A stretch of DNA of 64,000 nt from an uncultured virus (IMG/VR IMGVR_UViG_3300031565_000019) (taxonomy: Duplodnaviria; Heunggongvirae; Uroviricota; Caudoviricetes): IMG/VR virus record IMGVR_UViG_3300031565_000019; one strand, given 5' to 3'. Shown here piece after piece: positions 48,101 to 56,127 of the stretch. Made by a program: the position numbers and the translations under genes. Each line of letters begins with the position of its first letter. Positions within the stretch are counted from its first letter, which is position 1. The notes beneath the pieces were generated by a model that was given only the letters and a program-made list of their open reading frames with translations, ran no database searches and was not told the origin of the DNA.

Positions 48101-49386
48101 TTTTTGAGAAACTGTTTATGCCTATTAGCACACGGAAAAATAACAATACGGATGCTTGGCTTTATTCGATGTTTTGGGGAGGCGCACATGGAGCCACACT
48201 TAATGACGTTTTAGGTGCGACTGATTTTCCGGGGACAACACTGATACTTGGCAATGAGCTTTTTAGACTCGGTTGGTATGAAACACCTCTTACAGCTACA
48301 TATACTATCCATGTAGGGATTATTACTTTAGCAGGAGTAGCAACACTTTCGCTTTGGAATCACGCAGCATACGTTGGGGATTTTCGAATAGTTGATTGGG
48401 GCATAGGGATAACGAATTACGAAATAGAATATGTCGGAGTGCCACTCGACCATTTAAACATACGCACGACAGCAGCCTATTATTACTATTTTTCCGTTAA
48501 TATAACAAAAATAGAGGATGCATTGATAGCATACGGATCAGATGTTGATCCACGTTATCATCTTCCGCAGATGACACAGATAGATTTTGTTAAGATGATC
48601 TGTAATTTATTCGGTTTGGTTCCTGAAGTGATAGCACGTGACAGAAAAATAAGATTCTGGAATTATCAGGAACTTTATGACAATATGATCATTGCACGGG
48701 ATTGGAGTAATTATTTATCTGAACGTGATGATGAGGTAGAGTTCAAGTTCGGAGATTACGGACGCAATAATTATCTGAAATACAAAGAATCACAGGATGT
48801 TATAAAAGACAATGGGAAAGGGAATATGCCTATTGAAGATGAAACGTTACCGGAATCAAAGGATATTGTGCAACTCAATGTTTCAACTTGTGATGAGGTA
48901 ACTATTCTGGAAGATGATTTCAGCGTTGACGTTTCTCGAATAGCATTTAATAAGTGGTACGAAGATAAAACTGACAAGGCTAATTCACATTATGATTCCA
49001 ATGAGAGCATTGATCCACGTATCGTGTATGTTGATGTTATTCCAATATTTTCACCGCCAGACCCTAAGAGTTTATGGATAAGGCCTACCGCTGCTCCTCT
49101 CGCAGGGATATTCGCTGCCCCTTCACTCGAAGTTGTCAATCCAAAGAAAGCATCATCACTCGAAGTGTCGTTCTCGAACCTTATAGTTTACTATGCAAAT
49201 ATTTCAAGGATGCTCACAAAAACCAACCTTCGTAGGTCTAAATTCAATCTTCCGGTTTACGAGGTTGCCGGATTAAAACATAATATACCAGTATATTTGC
49301 GACAATACAAGGCTTATTTTTATGTTAACAAGATCAGTAATTATGTTGCAGGGCAATTATGTACTGATGAACTTATAAAATTATAA
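45178..49386 (+). CDS. large multidomain tail protein: PL9-like beta-helix, SPPV linker, tail-tip domains
   Basis: 'AGDTLYI.GG', 'ADGF', 'CRAWHNSDDGFD' and 'GNGAGFKAG'; a block similar to the N-terminus of 42889; C-terminal 'VYLRQY.AYFYVNKI.NY'. Confidence 0.75.
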   Translation: MATYYIATPANGGDDAHSGTIGEPWATWQKGFESLVAGDTLYIGGGEYLTIGSLKSGEFVGVYEGTHSGAPGNFINVFAAPGEVPILNCIGIVEPSINHNGILLENINYWHIKGLRIRNVKEATGKLAIGINLYKVCNSTFENLQIYDNGSGFVASGFCDGNLVKNCDSYDNQDFTDGGNFADGFTFGLYGAGAACHNVFDGCRAWHNSDDGFDCYSSDGSYRGGYITYKNCWSFNNGYTGGNGAGFKAGQSYSPKEIGIQRTYQNCLSFNNSGYGFDESQDIAAYMDMNLFNNVAYNNGNDGFAFGYTAGGGVITLRNNIAYLDNVGLRVDCVHDHNSWDSAVTVTDDDFLSVDTAGTDGARQPDGSLPDLNFLKLADGSDLINAGVDVGLPFEGIAPDLGAFEYSSKGSPPVVPITCSESDVDFIETAGSFYEISPGVWGNGTGYGSSDSYLDVSNDGYYAAIYAAKTANYNSVIGLDHLNTLMDYSSFDYALYVNSDDLYRCIVNGSYIDLAIAAVPGERYALFRNGDVITAKYYGGGEWHTLYVFPATTNDPLYIKGSLAMADKTLVNPVCCTTITSPPVSPPVSPPVSPPVSPPVSPPVSPPISPPVEPPVSPPVYRTPVKIGDIKVLISRCAEGIYLRWYFNGWHYFNFQNGYDITMQTESMGIQVTNFFSVISKIERDTRIKSEYAYQVTLHGITPENVPGFTGLLLAEQVEQYEDEQWRIVEITRGDHLIKEEGTNGYILDFEITRKELPDSSSVYQKNLRLYIGDTLCDMDDDEVIPVNKQVNNIAEMQDRQSDFTAQFKIRKTRAMRALFELSGEVGANTLFPYRQHECRVVQDNIEMITNGILILERVDDQYYYVSISSGNMNFFKTIETLKLSDLTLAGMVHNWNATFMASTHACTSPNCDIVYPLCEPSDDGSIAPLTDDGDKVEMYGGWIWPFCRVKAIWEEIFENAGYTITGGDILDSDIFEKLFMPISTRKNNNTDAWLYSMFWGGAHGATLNDVLGATDFPGTTLILGNELFRLGWYETPLTATYTIHVGIITLAGVATLSLWNHAAYVGDFRIVDWGIGITNYEIEYVGVPLDHLNIRTTAAYYYYFSVNITKIEDALIAYGSDVDPRYHLPQMTQIDFVKMICNLFGLVPEVIARDRKIRFWNYQELYDNMIIARDWSNYLSERDDEVEFKFGDYGRNNYLKYKESQDVIKDNGKGNMPIEDETLPESKDIVQLNVSTCDEVTILEDDFSVDVSRIAFNKWYEDKTDKANSHYDSNESIDPRIVYVDVIPIFSPPDPKSLWIRPTAAPLAGIFAAPSLEVVNPKKASSLEVSFSNLIVYYANISRMLTKTNLRRSKFNLPVYEVAGLKHNIPVYLRQYKAYFYVNKISNYVAGQLCTDELIKL
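46918..47037 (+). repeat. in-frame (SPPV)n tandem repeat
   Basis: About 10 four-residue units written with varied synonymous codons. Confidence 0.9.
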
Positions 49387-49388
49387 TC

Positions 49389-51422
49389 ATGGCTACAGAA
49401 GAAAAAAAATACTTAGTAAATATTGAGAGCAATCTTGACAAGTATATCAAAGAGGCGGAACTGGCAAAAAAGCGAGTTGATGAACTGAAAATTGCCAATA
49501 TGTTAATGACCAAAGACACGCCACGTGATGAGGTTGAAAGGAATAATGCTGCATTGCGTGACGCACAGAAGGATTACAGGAATGCAACAAAAAGTGTTGA
49601 TCTGGCAACTCAGGCTAATAAAGCACAATCCGGCAGTTATGAACAACTTTATAAACAATGGCAGTTAGCTCAGACACAGCTTAAGTTAATGGGGAGTGCT
49701 TATACTGTTGATGCAAAAGGGATAAGAATATTATCAGATAAATATATAGAAAACAAAAAAGCTGTTGAGGATGCAAAAAGAGCTCTTGATGCTTTCGGGA
49801 AAGGTATTGCAGACAATAGGTTGAATGTGGGTAATTATGGTGAAGCGGTAAGTCAGGCATTCTCAGATGTAGGAAAAAGCATGATGGCAATGCTGGGGCC
49901 AGCAGCATTAGTGACGGCTGCTGTTGCTCTGGGCAAGAAAATATTTGATGGTTTAAAAGAGGCTATCATGTCAACGACATTTGCTATAAACATAATGAAT
50001 ATTGCAGGAGAAGTAACTAAACAAATATTCTATGATATTGCAATAAATGGAAAATTTAGTGCTGAAAGTATAATGTCAGTCGTACAAGCAACAAGAATAT
50101 TGAATGAATTAAGAACAGAACAATATAAAGTAGATTATGAGTTAGCAAAAATAAACAGAGAAAGGGCATCCCTTGAATTAACTGCACAAGATCAAATGGA
50201 AACCACATCTGTTAAGCTGGCAGCATTAACTGAAACAAAAAAACTGGATGCCATAGCTACAAAAATGGAAACGGATCAATTAAAAAAAGAATTAGCTGCT
50301 GTTGTTGATCTTATAAAAACACGCCCTGAAGATGAAAAATTACGTGCAAGAGCTTATGGCTTAATGGCTAAAATAGAAAATGCCTATGCAAGATCCGATC
50401 AGGCAATGAAAAGAGTTGAAAGCAGGAGATCAGGATTTCTTAAACAAGAAATAGCCGATCAGGAAAAAAGAGTTAAAATGACTGAGGCATGGTATGAGGA
50501 AATTGAACAAACGAATATAGCGAACGCAAAAAAGAAGGACGAGGAAATTAAAAAGGATTTCAAACGCTGGAGTGATTACTGGGATAAGATTGATGCTTTA
50601 GAAGTAGAACAAAATAAAAAGAAGGACGCAGGAATCGAAAAAGATTTCAAACGTTGGAGTGATTATTGGGACAAAAGGGATGCTCTGGAAGCAGAACGAA
50701 GTAAAAGGGATATATCGGCAGGATTTGAATTACAAAAAATAATGGCGCAGGGCAATCTTGATGTATTAAATATTATTCTTGATAATGAATATAAAGCATT
50801 AACTCAAAGTGTTGAATATCAAAGATTGACAAATAATGAAAAATTACTTGCAGATCAACAATATACTGATGCCAAAAGAGAACTTTCATTAATAAGAATG
50901 GATCAGCATTTATGGGAAGCTGATTTGATTGGTGATATAGCTGGTTCATTATCTAATTTATTCCAGAAGCAAACAGTGGCTGCAAAAGCACTTTCTGTAT
51001 CACAGGCATTAATAAGTACATATACAGCAGGCGTTAAAGCAATGGCAGAACTACCATTAGGATCAGGGCCGATTTTACGCTTCCTTACTTTAGCTTCAGT
51101 AATTGCTGCTGGTCTGTTACAAGTTAAAAATATACTTGCTGTAAAGGTTCCGGGGGGCGGAGGAGGGGGCGAATCGGCACCGGCAGCAATATCGGCCTCA
51201 ATGCCTGCAATGAGAATATACGCTCAACCAGTGGGGGCAACTTTCCTGAATCAACCACAATTAACACAGCCACAGATCAATGCATTGCCTAATCAAAATC
51301 TTTTGACGGCTGCCGATATAGCTGCTGCAATAAGTAAATTACCACCACCGATAGTGACGGTCGAGGACATAAATGCAAAGACAGCGAGTGTGAGGAAAAT
51401 TGAGGTTCGTGGAACGATATGA
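49389..51422 (+). CDS. tape-measure-like protein, module 2
   Basis: Long coiled-coil, 'RLNVGNY', hydrophobic C-terminal helices and 'P.VTVEDIN'; 29-aa internal duplication near 50530-50700. Confidence 0.75.
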   Translation: MATEEKKYLVNIESNLDKYIKEAELAKKRVDELKIANMLMTKDTPRDEVERNNAALRDAQKDYRNATKSVDLATQANKAQSGSYEQLYKQWQLAQTQLKLMGSAYTVDAKGIRILSDKYIENKKAVEDAKRALDAFGKGIADNRLNVGNYGEAVSQAFSDVGKSMMAMLGPAALVTAAVALGKKIFDGLKEAIMSTTFAINIMNIAGEVTKQIFYDIAINGKFSAESIMSVVQATRILNELRTEQYKVDYELAKINRERASLELTAQDQMETTSVKLAALTETKKLDAIATKMETDQLKKELAAVVDLIKTRPEDEKLRARAYGLMAKIENAYARSDQAMKRVESRRSGFLKQEIADQEKRVKMTEAWYEEIEQTNIANAKKKDEEIKKDFKRWSDYWDKIDALEVEQNKKKDAGIEKDFKRWSDYWDKRDALEAERSKRDISAGFELQKIMAQGNLDVLNIILDNEYKALTQSVEYQRLTNNEKLLADQQYTDAKRELSLIRMDQHLWEADLIGDIAGSLSNLFQKQTVAAKALSVSQALISTYTAGVKAMAELPLGSGPILRFLTLASVIAAGLLQVKNILAVKVPGGGGGGESAPAAISASMPAMRIYAQPVGATFLNQPQLTQPQINALPNQNLLTAADIAAAISKLPPPIVTVEDINAKTASVRKIEVRGTI

Positions 51423-51649
51423 ATCTATTTGTATATATAAGCCATAATATTGACTTGATTAAATATCTTGTCCGGATAGGTCTTATTCCTTGCGGCATTT
51501 TAAAGCATTGGCAAATTTATAGCAGATACGATTATTATAAGAAGATTGGGAATGAAAATTATAAATCTGTGCTATTTACAGCAGAGGACATGGGTGTACA
51601 GGAAAATTGGGTTTATTGTATTATCAGAAAAATGGAGACTGAATTATGA
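51419..51649 (+). CDS. small HTH-like protein
   Basis: C-terminal 'AEDMGVQENWVY.IIRKME' helix-turn-helix pattern. Confidence 0.55.
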   Translation: MNLFVYISHNIDLIKYLVRIGLIPCGILKHWQIYSRYDYYKKIGNENYKSVLFTAEDMGVQENWVYCIIRKMETEL

Positions 51650-52410
51650 AAATAACACAGGGTTACTCATCTATTACGATGAATGTAATTGGATTTTTAA
51701 AAATGCACAAATTAAGATTATATGATAATATGAATGAGCCACTTGTTGTATTTGGCTGTTATTCAGATAAGGATGTAGAGACAATTAAAAATCACAAATC
51801 AATCGTAGTAGTTCAATGGGAGGGACTTGATTCAAAAATGAAGAGTAATCCTTCAATTTTTACTGAGAAGAATATAATAAATGTAAGCCCTCATCCCAAT
51901 ATTAAAAAATACCTTGATTCAAAAGGAATACAATGTCATCTAATAAAATGGGCAATCGATGAAACTTTGCAGCCACAAATTTTAGGGAATAAAGTATATA
52001 GTTATGTGAATAAAAAAACTCCGGTATATTATGGTGGAACTTTAATTAATAAATTAAATATTCCTTTTGAAATTTTAATTGGCGATTATAGTATAAGTCA
52101 TACCGATTGGAGAACTGGCGGATGTGATGAATTTTATCCGAAATGTTTTATTGGATTGGCATTATCAGAATATGCAGGGGGTGGGACAAGTATAGTTGAA
52201 TTAGGATTAAGAGGGATAAAAGTCATTACAAATATATTGAATTTGCCTCATACAATTAAATGGAATACAATTAAAGATATTGAAGATGCCATAAATAAAG
52301 AAGCCGAAAATATAGGAAAAATCAATACATCACTTGCAGGGAACGTTTATAATAATGTTCTTTCTGATGAAAAATTAAAATGTTATGATTTAGACCAATT
52401 AATAATATGA
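51646..52410 (+). CDS. hypothetical protein, possibly GT-B glycosyltransferase-like
   Basis: 'FIGL.LS...GG..SIVELGL.G.KVITN' resembles a GT-B C-terminus; sits in a GT cluster. Confidence 0.5.
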   Translation: MKITQGYSSITMNVIGFLKMHKLRLYDNMNEPLVVFGCYSDKDVETIKNHKSIVVVQWEGLDSKMKSNPSIFTEKNIINVSPHPNIKKYLDSKGIQCHLIKWAIDETLQPQILGNKVYSYVNKKTPVYYGGTLINKLNIPFEILIGDYSISHTDWRTGGCDEFYPKCFIGLALSEYAGGGTSIVELGLRGIKVITNILNLPHTIKWNTIKDIEDAINKEAENIGKINTSLAGNVYNNVLSDEKLKCYDLDQLII

Positions 52411-53132
52411 GAATTTTAGTAACTGCATTTGCATACAATGAAATGAAGTATATCCCGGAAATGGTAAATTACTATCGTAATCAGGGATGCGATCTTTTAA
52501 TACTTGATAATTATTCCACCGATGGTACATTTGAATGGTTACAGAAAAATGGAATAAAAACGAGGCAGATAAATACTAATGAATCATTTCATTTAGGGAT
52601 TTTACAAACAGAATTGCTTAAAGATATAAAAAAAGAATCACCTGATTGGGTGGTTTATACCGGGATTGATTTTTATTATATTTTTGATAAGACTATCAGA
52701 GAAACAATATTGGATGCTTCAATGCTGGGTCATAATATAATTGAAGTGAGACATTGCACAGCTTACAATACCGGAGAAGAAAGAGGATTGCCGCTTCAGA
52801 ATTATTTTTTTCACATAGCAAGAAACCGGAATTTGCAACTGATAGCAAAATATGATCAGGGATTTAATATTTTCGCAGATGATATTAAATTAAAATTCCC
52901 AAATGTTTTTAAGCCTGATGGGTTTTCTATAAATTATGGATGCTGTAAATCTGCAAAAGAAAGAGAAGAAACATTTGCAAGACGAAAGAAGGCATGGGAT
53001 AGCGGAATGACAAAGGGTTGGGGAACGCATTATCTTGTCGGGAAAGAAAAGAATTGGATTTGGGAAAAAGAGGAATTAATTGATATTCGTAAAACAGATG
53101 ATTGGAAATATATTCAAAAAATTTTATTATGA
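52407..53132 (+). CDS. GT2-family glycosyltransferase
   Basis: 'AYNE...I' and 'ILDNYSTDGT.E.L'. Confidence 0.8.
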   Translation: MRILVTAFAYNEMKYIPEMVNYYRNQGCDLLILDNYSTDGTFEWLQKNGIKTRQINTNESFHLGILQTELLKDIKKESPDWVVYTGIDFYYIFDKTIRETILDASMLGHNIIEVRHCTAYNTGEERGLPLQNYFFHIARNRNLQLIAKYDQGFNIFADDIKLKFPNVFKPDGFSINYGCCKSAKEREETFARRKKAWDSGMTKGWGTHYLVGKEKNWIWEKEELIDIRKTDDWKYIQKILL

Positions 53133-53887
53133 TAATTTTAATCACTCCTACTGGCGCACGTCCACGACAAATAGAATTATGTGCACAATTTATGAAAAAT
53201 CAGGATTACAAAGGCGTTGTCCTTTGGATAATTATTGATGATGCCGTATTAAGAACAACGGATTTTATCAAAGACGATTTCAAAAAAGAATGGATTATTA
53301 AAAAAATATATCCTGTTCCTTCATGGAGAATTGGCCAAAACACACAAGGACGAAATATTGCGGCCGGGATAAATTTTATAAAGGATTATAAAGACATTGA
53401 AGCGATATTTATTATTGAAGATGATGACTATTACACTCCTTCCTATTTAACAAAAATGGTAAAGAAACTCGAAGGATACGATATTGCCGGGGAAATGTTT
53501 ACATTTTACTATAACATAATTATAAGAAGATATACTGTCTGTCGGAATACATGGTCGAGTTTATTCCAGACAGCTTTCACTCCGGCAATTATTCCTATTT
53601 TGGAAAAATTATATGGAATGAAATTTATTGACATGGAACTTTTTAAATTAGTAAATAACAAGAATCTTTTTAAAGACGAGTATCTGGCAATAGGAATAAA
53701 AGGGCAGCCCGGGAGGGCAGCGGTCGGCCGTGCACATGGTCGGATAATGTCGTGGACAGCCGATCCTGAACTGAAAAAATTAAGATCATTAATTGGAGAA
53801 GATGTAAATTATTATCTTAAATATTATGGCATGGATTTCCGATCAAATATTTTAACTGGAAGAAAATCATTGCTCCACAGAAAATGA
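53102..53887 (+). CDS. GT-A fold glycosyltransferase (likely start 53129)
   Basis: 'LITPTGARP', 'WIIIDD' and 'IIEDDDYY' (DxD). Confidence 0.75.
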   Translation: MEIYSKNFIMIILITPTGARPRQIELCAQFMKNQDYKGVVLWIIIDDAVLRTTDFIKDDFKKEWIIKKIYPVPSWRIGQNTQGRNIAAGINFIKDYKDIEAIFIIEDDDYYTPSYLTKMVKKLEGYDIAGEMFTFYYNIIIRRYTVCRNTWSSLFQTAFTPAIIPILEKLYGMKFIDMELFKLVNNKNLFKDEYLAIGIKGQPGRAAVGRAHGRIMSWTADPELKKLRSLIGEDVNYYLKYYGMDFRSNILTGRKSLLHRK

Positions 53888-54396
53888 GAATAGCAGTATT
53901 GGGCCTCGGAGAATCGAGAAGTTTGTTTAATTCATCAGAGTATGAATTATCAATAGGTGTTAATGATATTTGGAGATATATTCATACGGATTATGTTGTC
54001 TGTGTAGATTATCCACGAGCTTTTACACCAGACAGAATAAAGGTGATTAATGAATGTAAGCCAAAGATATTTTTCAGTCAGTTCCTGCAATGGGAAACGA
54101 GGCCGGATTTTGAGAAGATTCATATAGCGGCCGGATATCCGGATTTTATTTGCAACCTGGATCAACTGACTTATCAGAAATCTTATTGCAGCCCGTTTAT
54201 TGCCACGCAGGTAGCATACAAGAGGTTCGGGGCGACTGAAATACATTTGTTTGGTGTCGATCTATTAAATCATCCGCATCTTAATATTACCTTATGTGCC
54301 AAAATCAAAGTTCATTTTACTAATCTGAAGAAAGCTTTGCAGTTGAAGGGGTGCAAATTAATTATTTATGGCGAGGGAATTCTAAAAAATATTTAA
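53884..54396 (+). CDS. Maf/DUF115-like Rossmann-fold sugar transferase candidate
   Basis: 'AVLGLGES', 'IGVND', 'DYVVCVD' and 'GATEIHLFGVD'. Confidence 0.65.
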   Translation: MRIAVLGLGESRSLFNSSEYELSIGVNDIWRYIHTDYVVCVDYPRAFTPDRIKVINECKPKIFFSQFLQWETRPDFEKIHIAAGYPDFICNLDQLTYQKSYCSPFIATQVAYKRFGATEIHLFGVDLLNHPHLNITLCAKIKVHFTNLKKALQLKGCKLIIYGEGILKNI

Positions 54397-54403
54397 AGAT
54401 TTA

Positions 54404-54433
54404 TTTGTTTATATCAAATATTGTGTATCTTTG
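54404..54433 (+). promoter_or_regulatory. Bacteroidota promoter driving TIGR-like array 2
   Basis: TTTG (54404-54407), 18 nt, TATCTTTG (54426-54433); its upstream part TTATTTGTTTATATCAAA also occurs at the 23961 promoter. Confidence 0.75.
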
Positions 54434-54547
54434 TAATTGAGAATGACAAAATGCAAAAAATTATTATTTACAATATTGCCCCGCGGCATTAATCCCATTG
54501 AAGTCTGGTCATTCTCCTTTGATGGTTTTTTGTTGCGGGGCACGTTC

Positions 54548-54772
54548 TTTGAATCATTACATTTAAGATAACCATTGGCACAAAGTGAATCACAAATGGA
54601 AAGACAACCAATGACTAAAAGTGAATCAGGATGTTTAAGATAACCAGGAAGCGGAAGTGAATCATAATAAACAAGATACCCAATATGCTTAAGTGAATCA
54701 GAACGTAAAAGACAACCATTAAAATAAAGTGAATCATATATGTTAAGATAACCATCGTTGATAAGTGAAGCT
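54548..54772 (+). ncRNA. TIGR-like dual-repeat guide array 2 (6 x 36 nt)
   Basis: GAATCA recurs at 54551, 54587, 54623, 54659, 54695 and 54731; the second repeat AGAYAMCCA lies 18 nt out of phase; 9-nt intervening segments all differ. Confidence 0.85.
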
Positions 54773-54796
54773 TCTGAGAAATCAGGAGCTTTTTTT
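54769..54796 (+). terminator. Rho-independent terminator of array 2
   Basis: AGCTTCTGA-GAAA-TCAGGAGCT followed by T6. Confidence 0.85.
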
Positions 54797-54968
54797 ATGC
54801 TCAAAAGTTACTATCCATTTATGAATAGTAAAATAATCTCATTGTGATTTACTTTTGTCTCATAATTAAATCAAAAGACTATGAATCCGATGGGTGTTTG
54901 TTCAGCTTATACTTATATTGATCAGGTTCTATTTATTATCAATGACAATAGTTATCCGGATATAGCTA

Positions 54969-56126
54969 ATGATTTCTGGTATAATTTATTTGGCTGTGGT
55001 GGCAATTAATATGGAACCTGCAATCCTTAAAATATACAGTGATATTGGAGAATCACTTCCTGATACATTCATGGGAGAAGGAGCACAATCTATTTCTGCA
55101 AAAGATGTATCACAATTTCTTGATGATAACAAAGAGGCAACTGAGATTAATATTCTCATTAACTCCCGGGGTGGAGATGTTCAGGAAGGATGGGCAATAC
55201 ATGATCTGCTCAAAAATTCCGGAAAGAAACTAAAAACTATTGGCGAAGGCAAAATTTATTCTATTGCCACTATCATATTCCTTGTGGCAGATGAACGTGA
55301 GATAATGAAAAATGCCGATGGTCTGATTCACAATCCCTTTATCCCCCCTTACACGCTTGCTGATAAATATGAATCCGATGATCTTGAAAAGATTGCCGAA
55401 GAATTGAAGCAAGAGGAAGAGAAAATACTTGATTTTTATGTGGAACGTACAGGTACCCCGGCCGACAAACTTGCAGAATATATGAAAGAGAACACGAAGT
55501 TATCAGCAGAGGATATGCTTAGTCTTGGTTTTGCAACTAAAATAATTGAGCCTGTTAAGGCGTATGCAATTTTTAAACCGAAAATAAATTCTATTATGGA
55601 TTCAAAAGATGTAAAAACATTCGGAGAAAAGCTCGACACTATCATTTCAAAGATAGCAGCCTTCTCCCGGCTTACTACCATTGATCAGACTTTAAAAGAC
55701 AAGGATGGCAAGGAGTTCAAGCTTGAAAAAGAAACCGGAGCGCCTGCTGTCGGAGACAAGGCTTCTCCCGATGGGACTTATGTTATGGCAGACGGCAAAA
55801 CGATAGTCATAACAGACGGTGCAGTATCGGAGATCAAAGAACCTATTGCAGCCAAGACGGAACTTGAATTGGCAAATGAGAAGATAGCCGATTTGCAATC
55901 TAAACTCGATGCTGCCGAGAAAGAGAAGCCTGATCTTGTTGCTGTTGAAGCATCATTTAAGGCGAAAGAAGCACAAGCAGTCGCTCTCGCTACTGAACTT
56001 CAGGGCATGAAAAATTCATGGATTCCTGAAGGGAGGACTAAATTTAGTTCTGCCGAAAAAGTCGGATCGATTGACCTTAACAGGGTACGTGAACTGAAAG
56101 AAAAATTAACTTCAAAAACTGAATAA
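54969..56126 (+). CDS. ClpP-type head maturation protease with scaffold-like C-terminus (likely start 55011)
   Basis: 'INSRGGDV.EG', 'YSIATII' and 'LIHNP'; precedes the capsid gene. Confidence 0.9.
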   Translation: MISGIIYLAVVAINMEPAILKIYSDIGESLPDTFMGEGAQSISAKDVSQFLDDNKEATEINILINSRGGDVQEGWAIHDLLKNSGKKLKTIGEGKIYSIATIIFLVADEREIMKNADGLIHNPFIPPYTLADKYESDDLEKIAEELKQEEEKILDFYVERTGTPADKLAEYMKENTKLSAEDMLSLGFATKIIEPVKAYAIFKPKINSIMDSKDVKTFGEKLDTIISKIAAFSRLTTIDQTLKDKDGKEFKLEKETGAPAVGDKASPDGTYVMADGKTIVITDGAVSEIKEPIAAKTELELANEKIADLQSKLDAAEKEKPDLVAVEASFKAKEAQAVALATELQGMKNSWIPEGRTKFSSAEKVGSIDLNRVRELKEKLTSKTE

Positions 56127-56127
56127 T

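Noticed and set aside
50529..50702. 87-bp tandem duplication
   Set aside because: An in-frame 29-aa repeat in a tape-measure-like protein; ordinary.
54548..54772. CRISPR array interpretation
   Set aside because: Repeats are two alternating 9-10-mers with 8-9-nt spacers, far shorter than CRISPR, and no cas genes are present.
54409..54804. Minus-strand 131-aa ORF with DSL/GYL 12-aa repeats
   Set aside because: It is a by-product of the 36-nt array. Promoter and terminator are on the + strand, and all credible genes in the window are on +.
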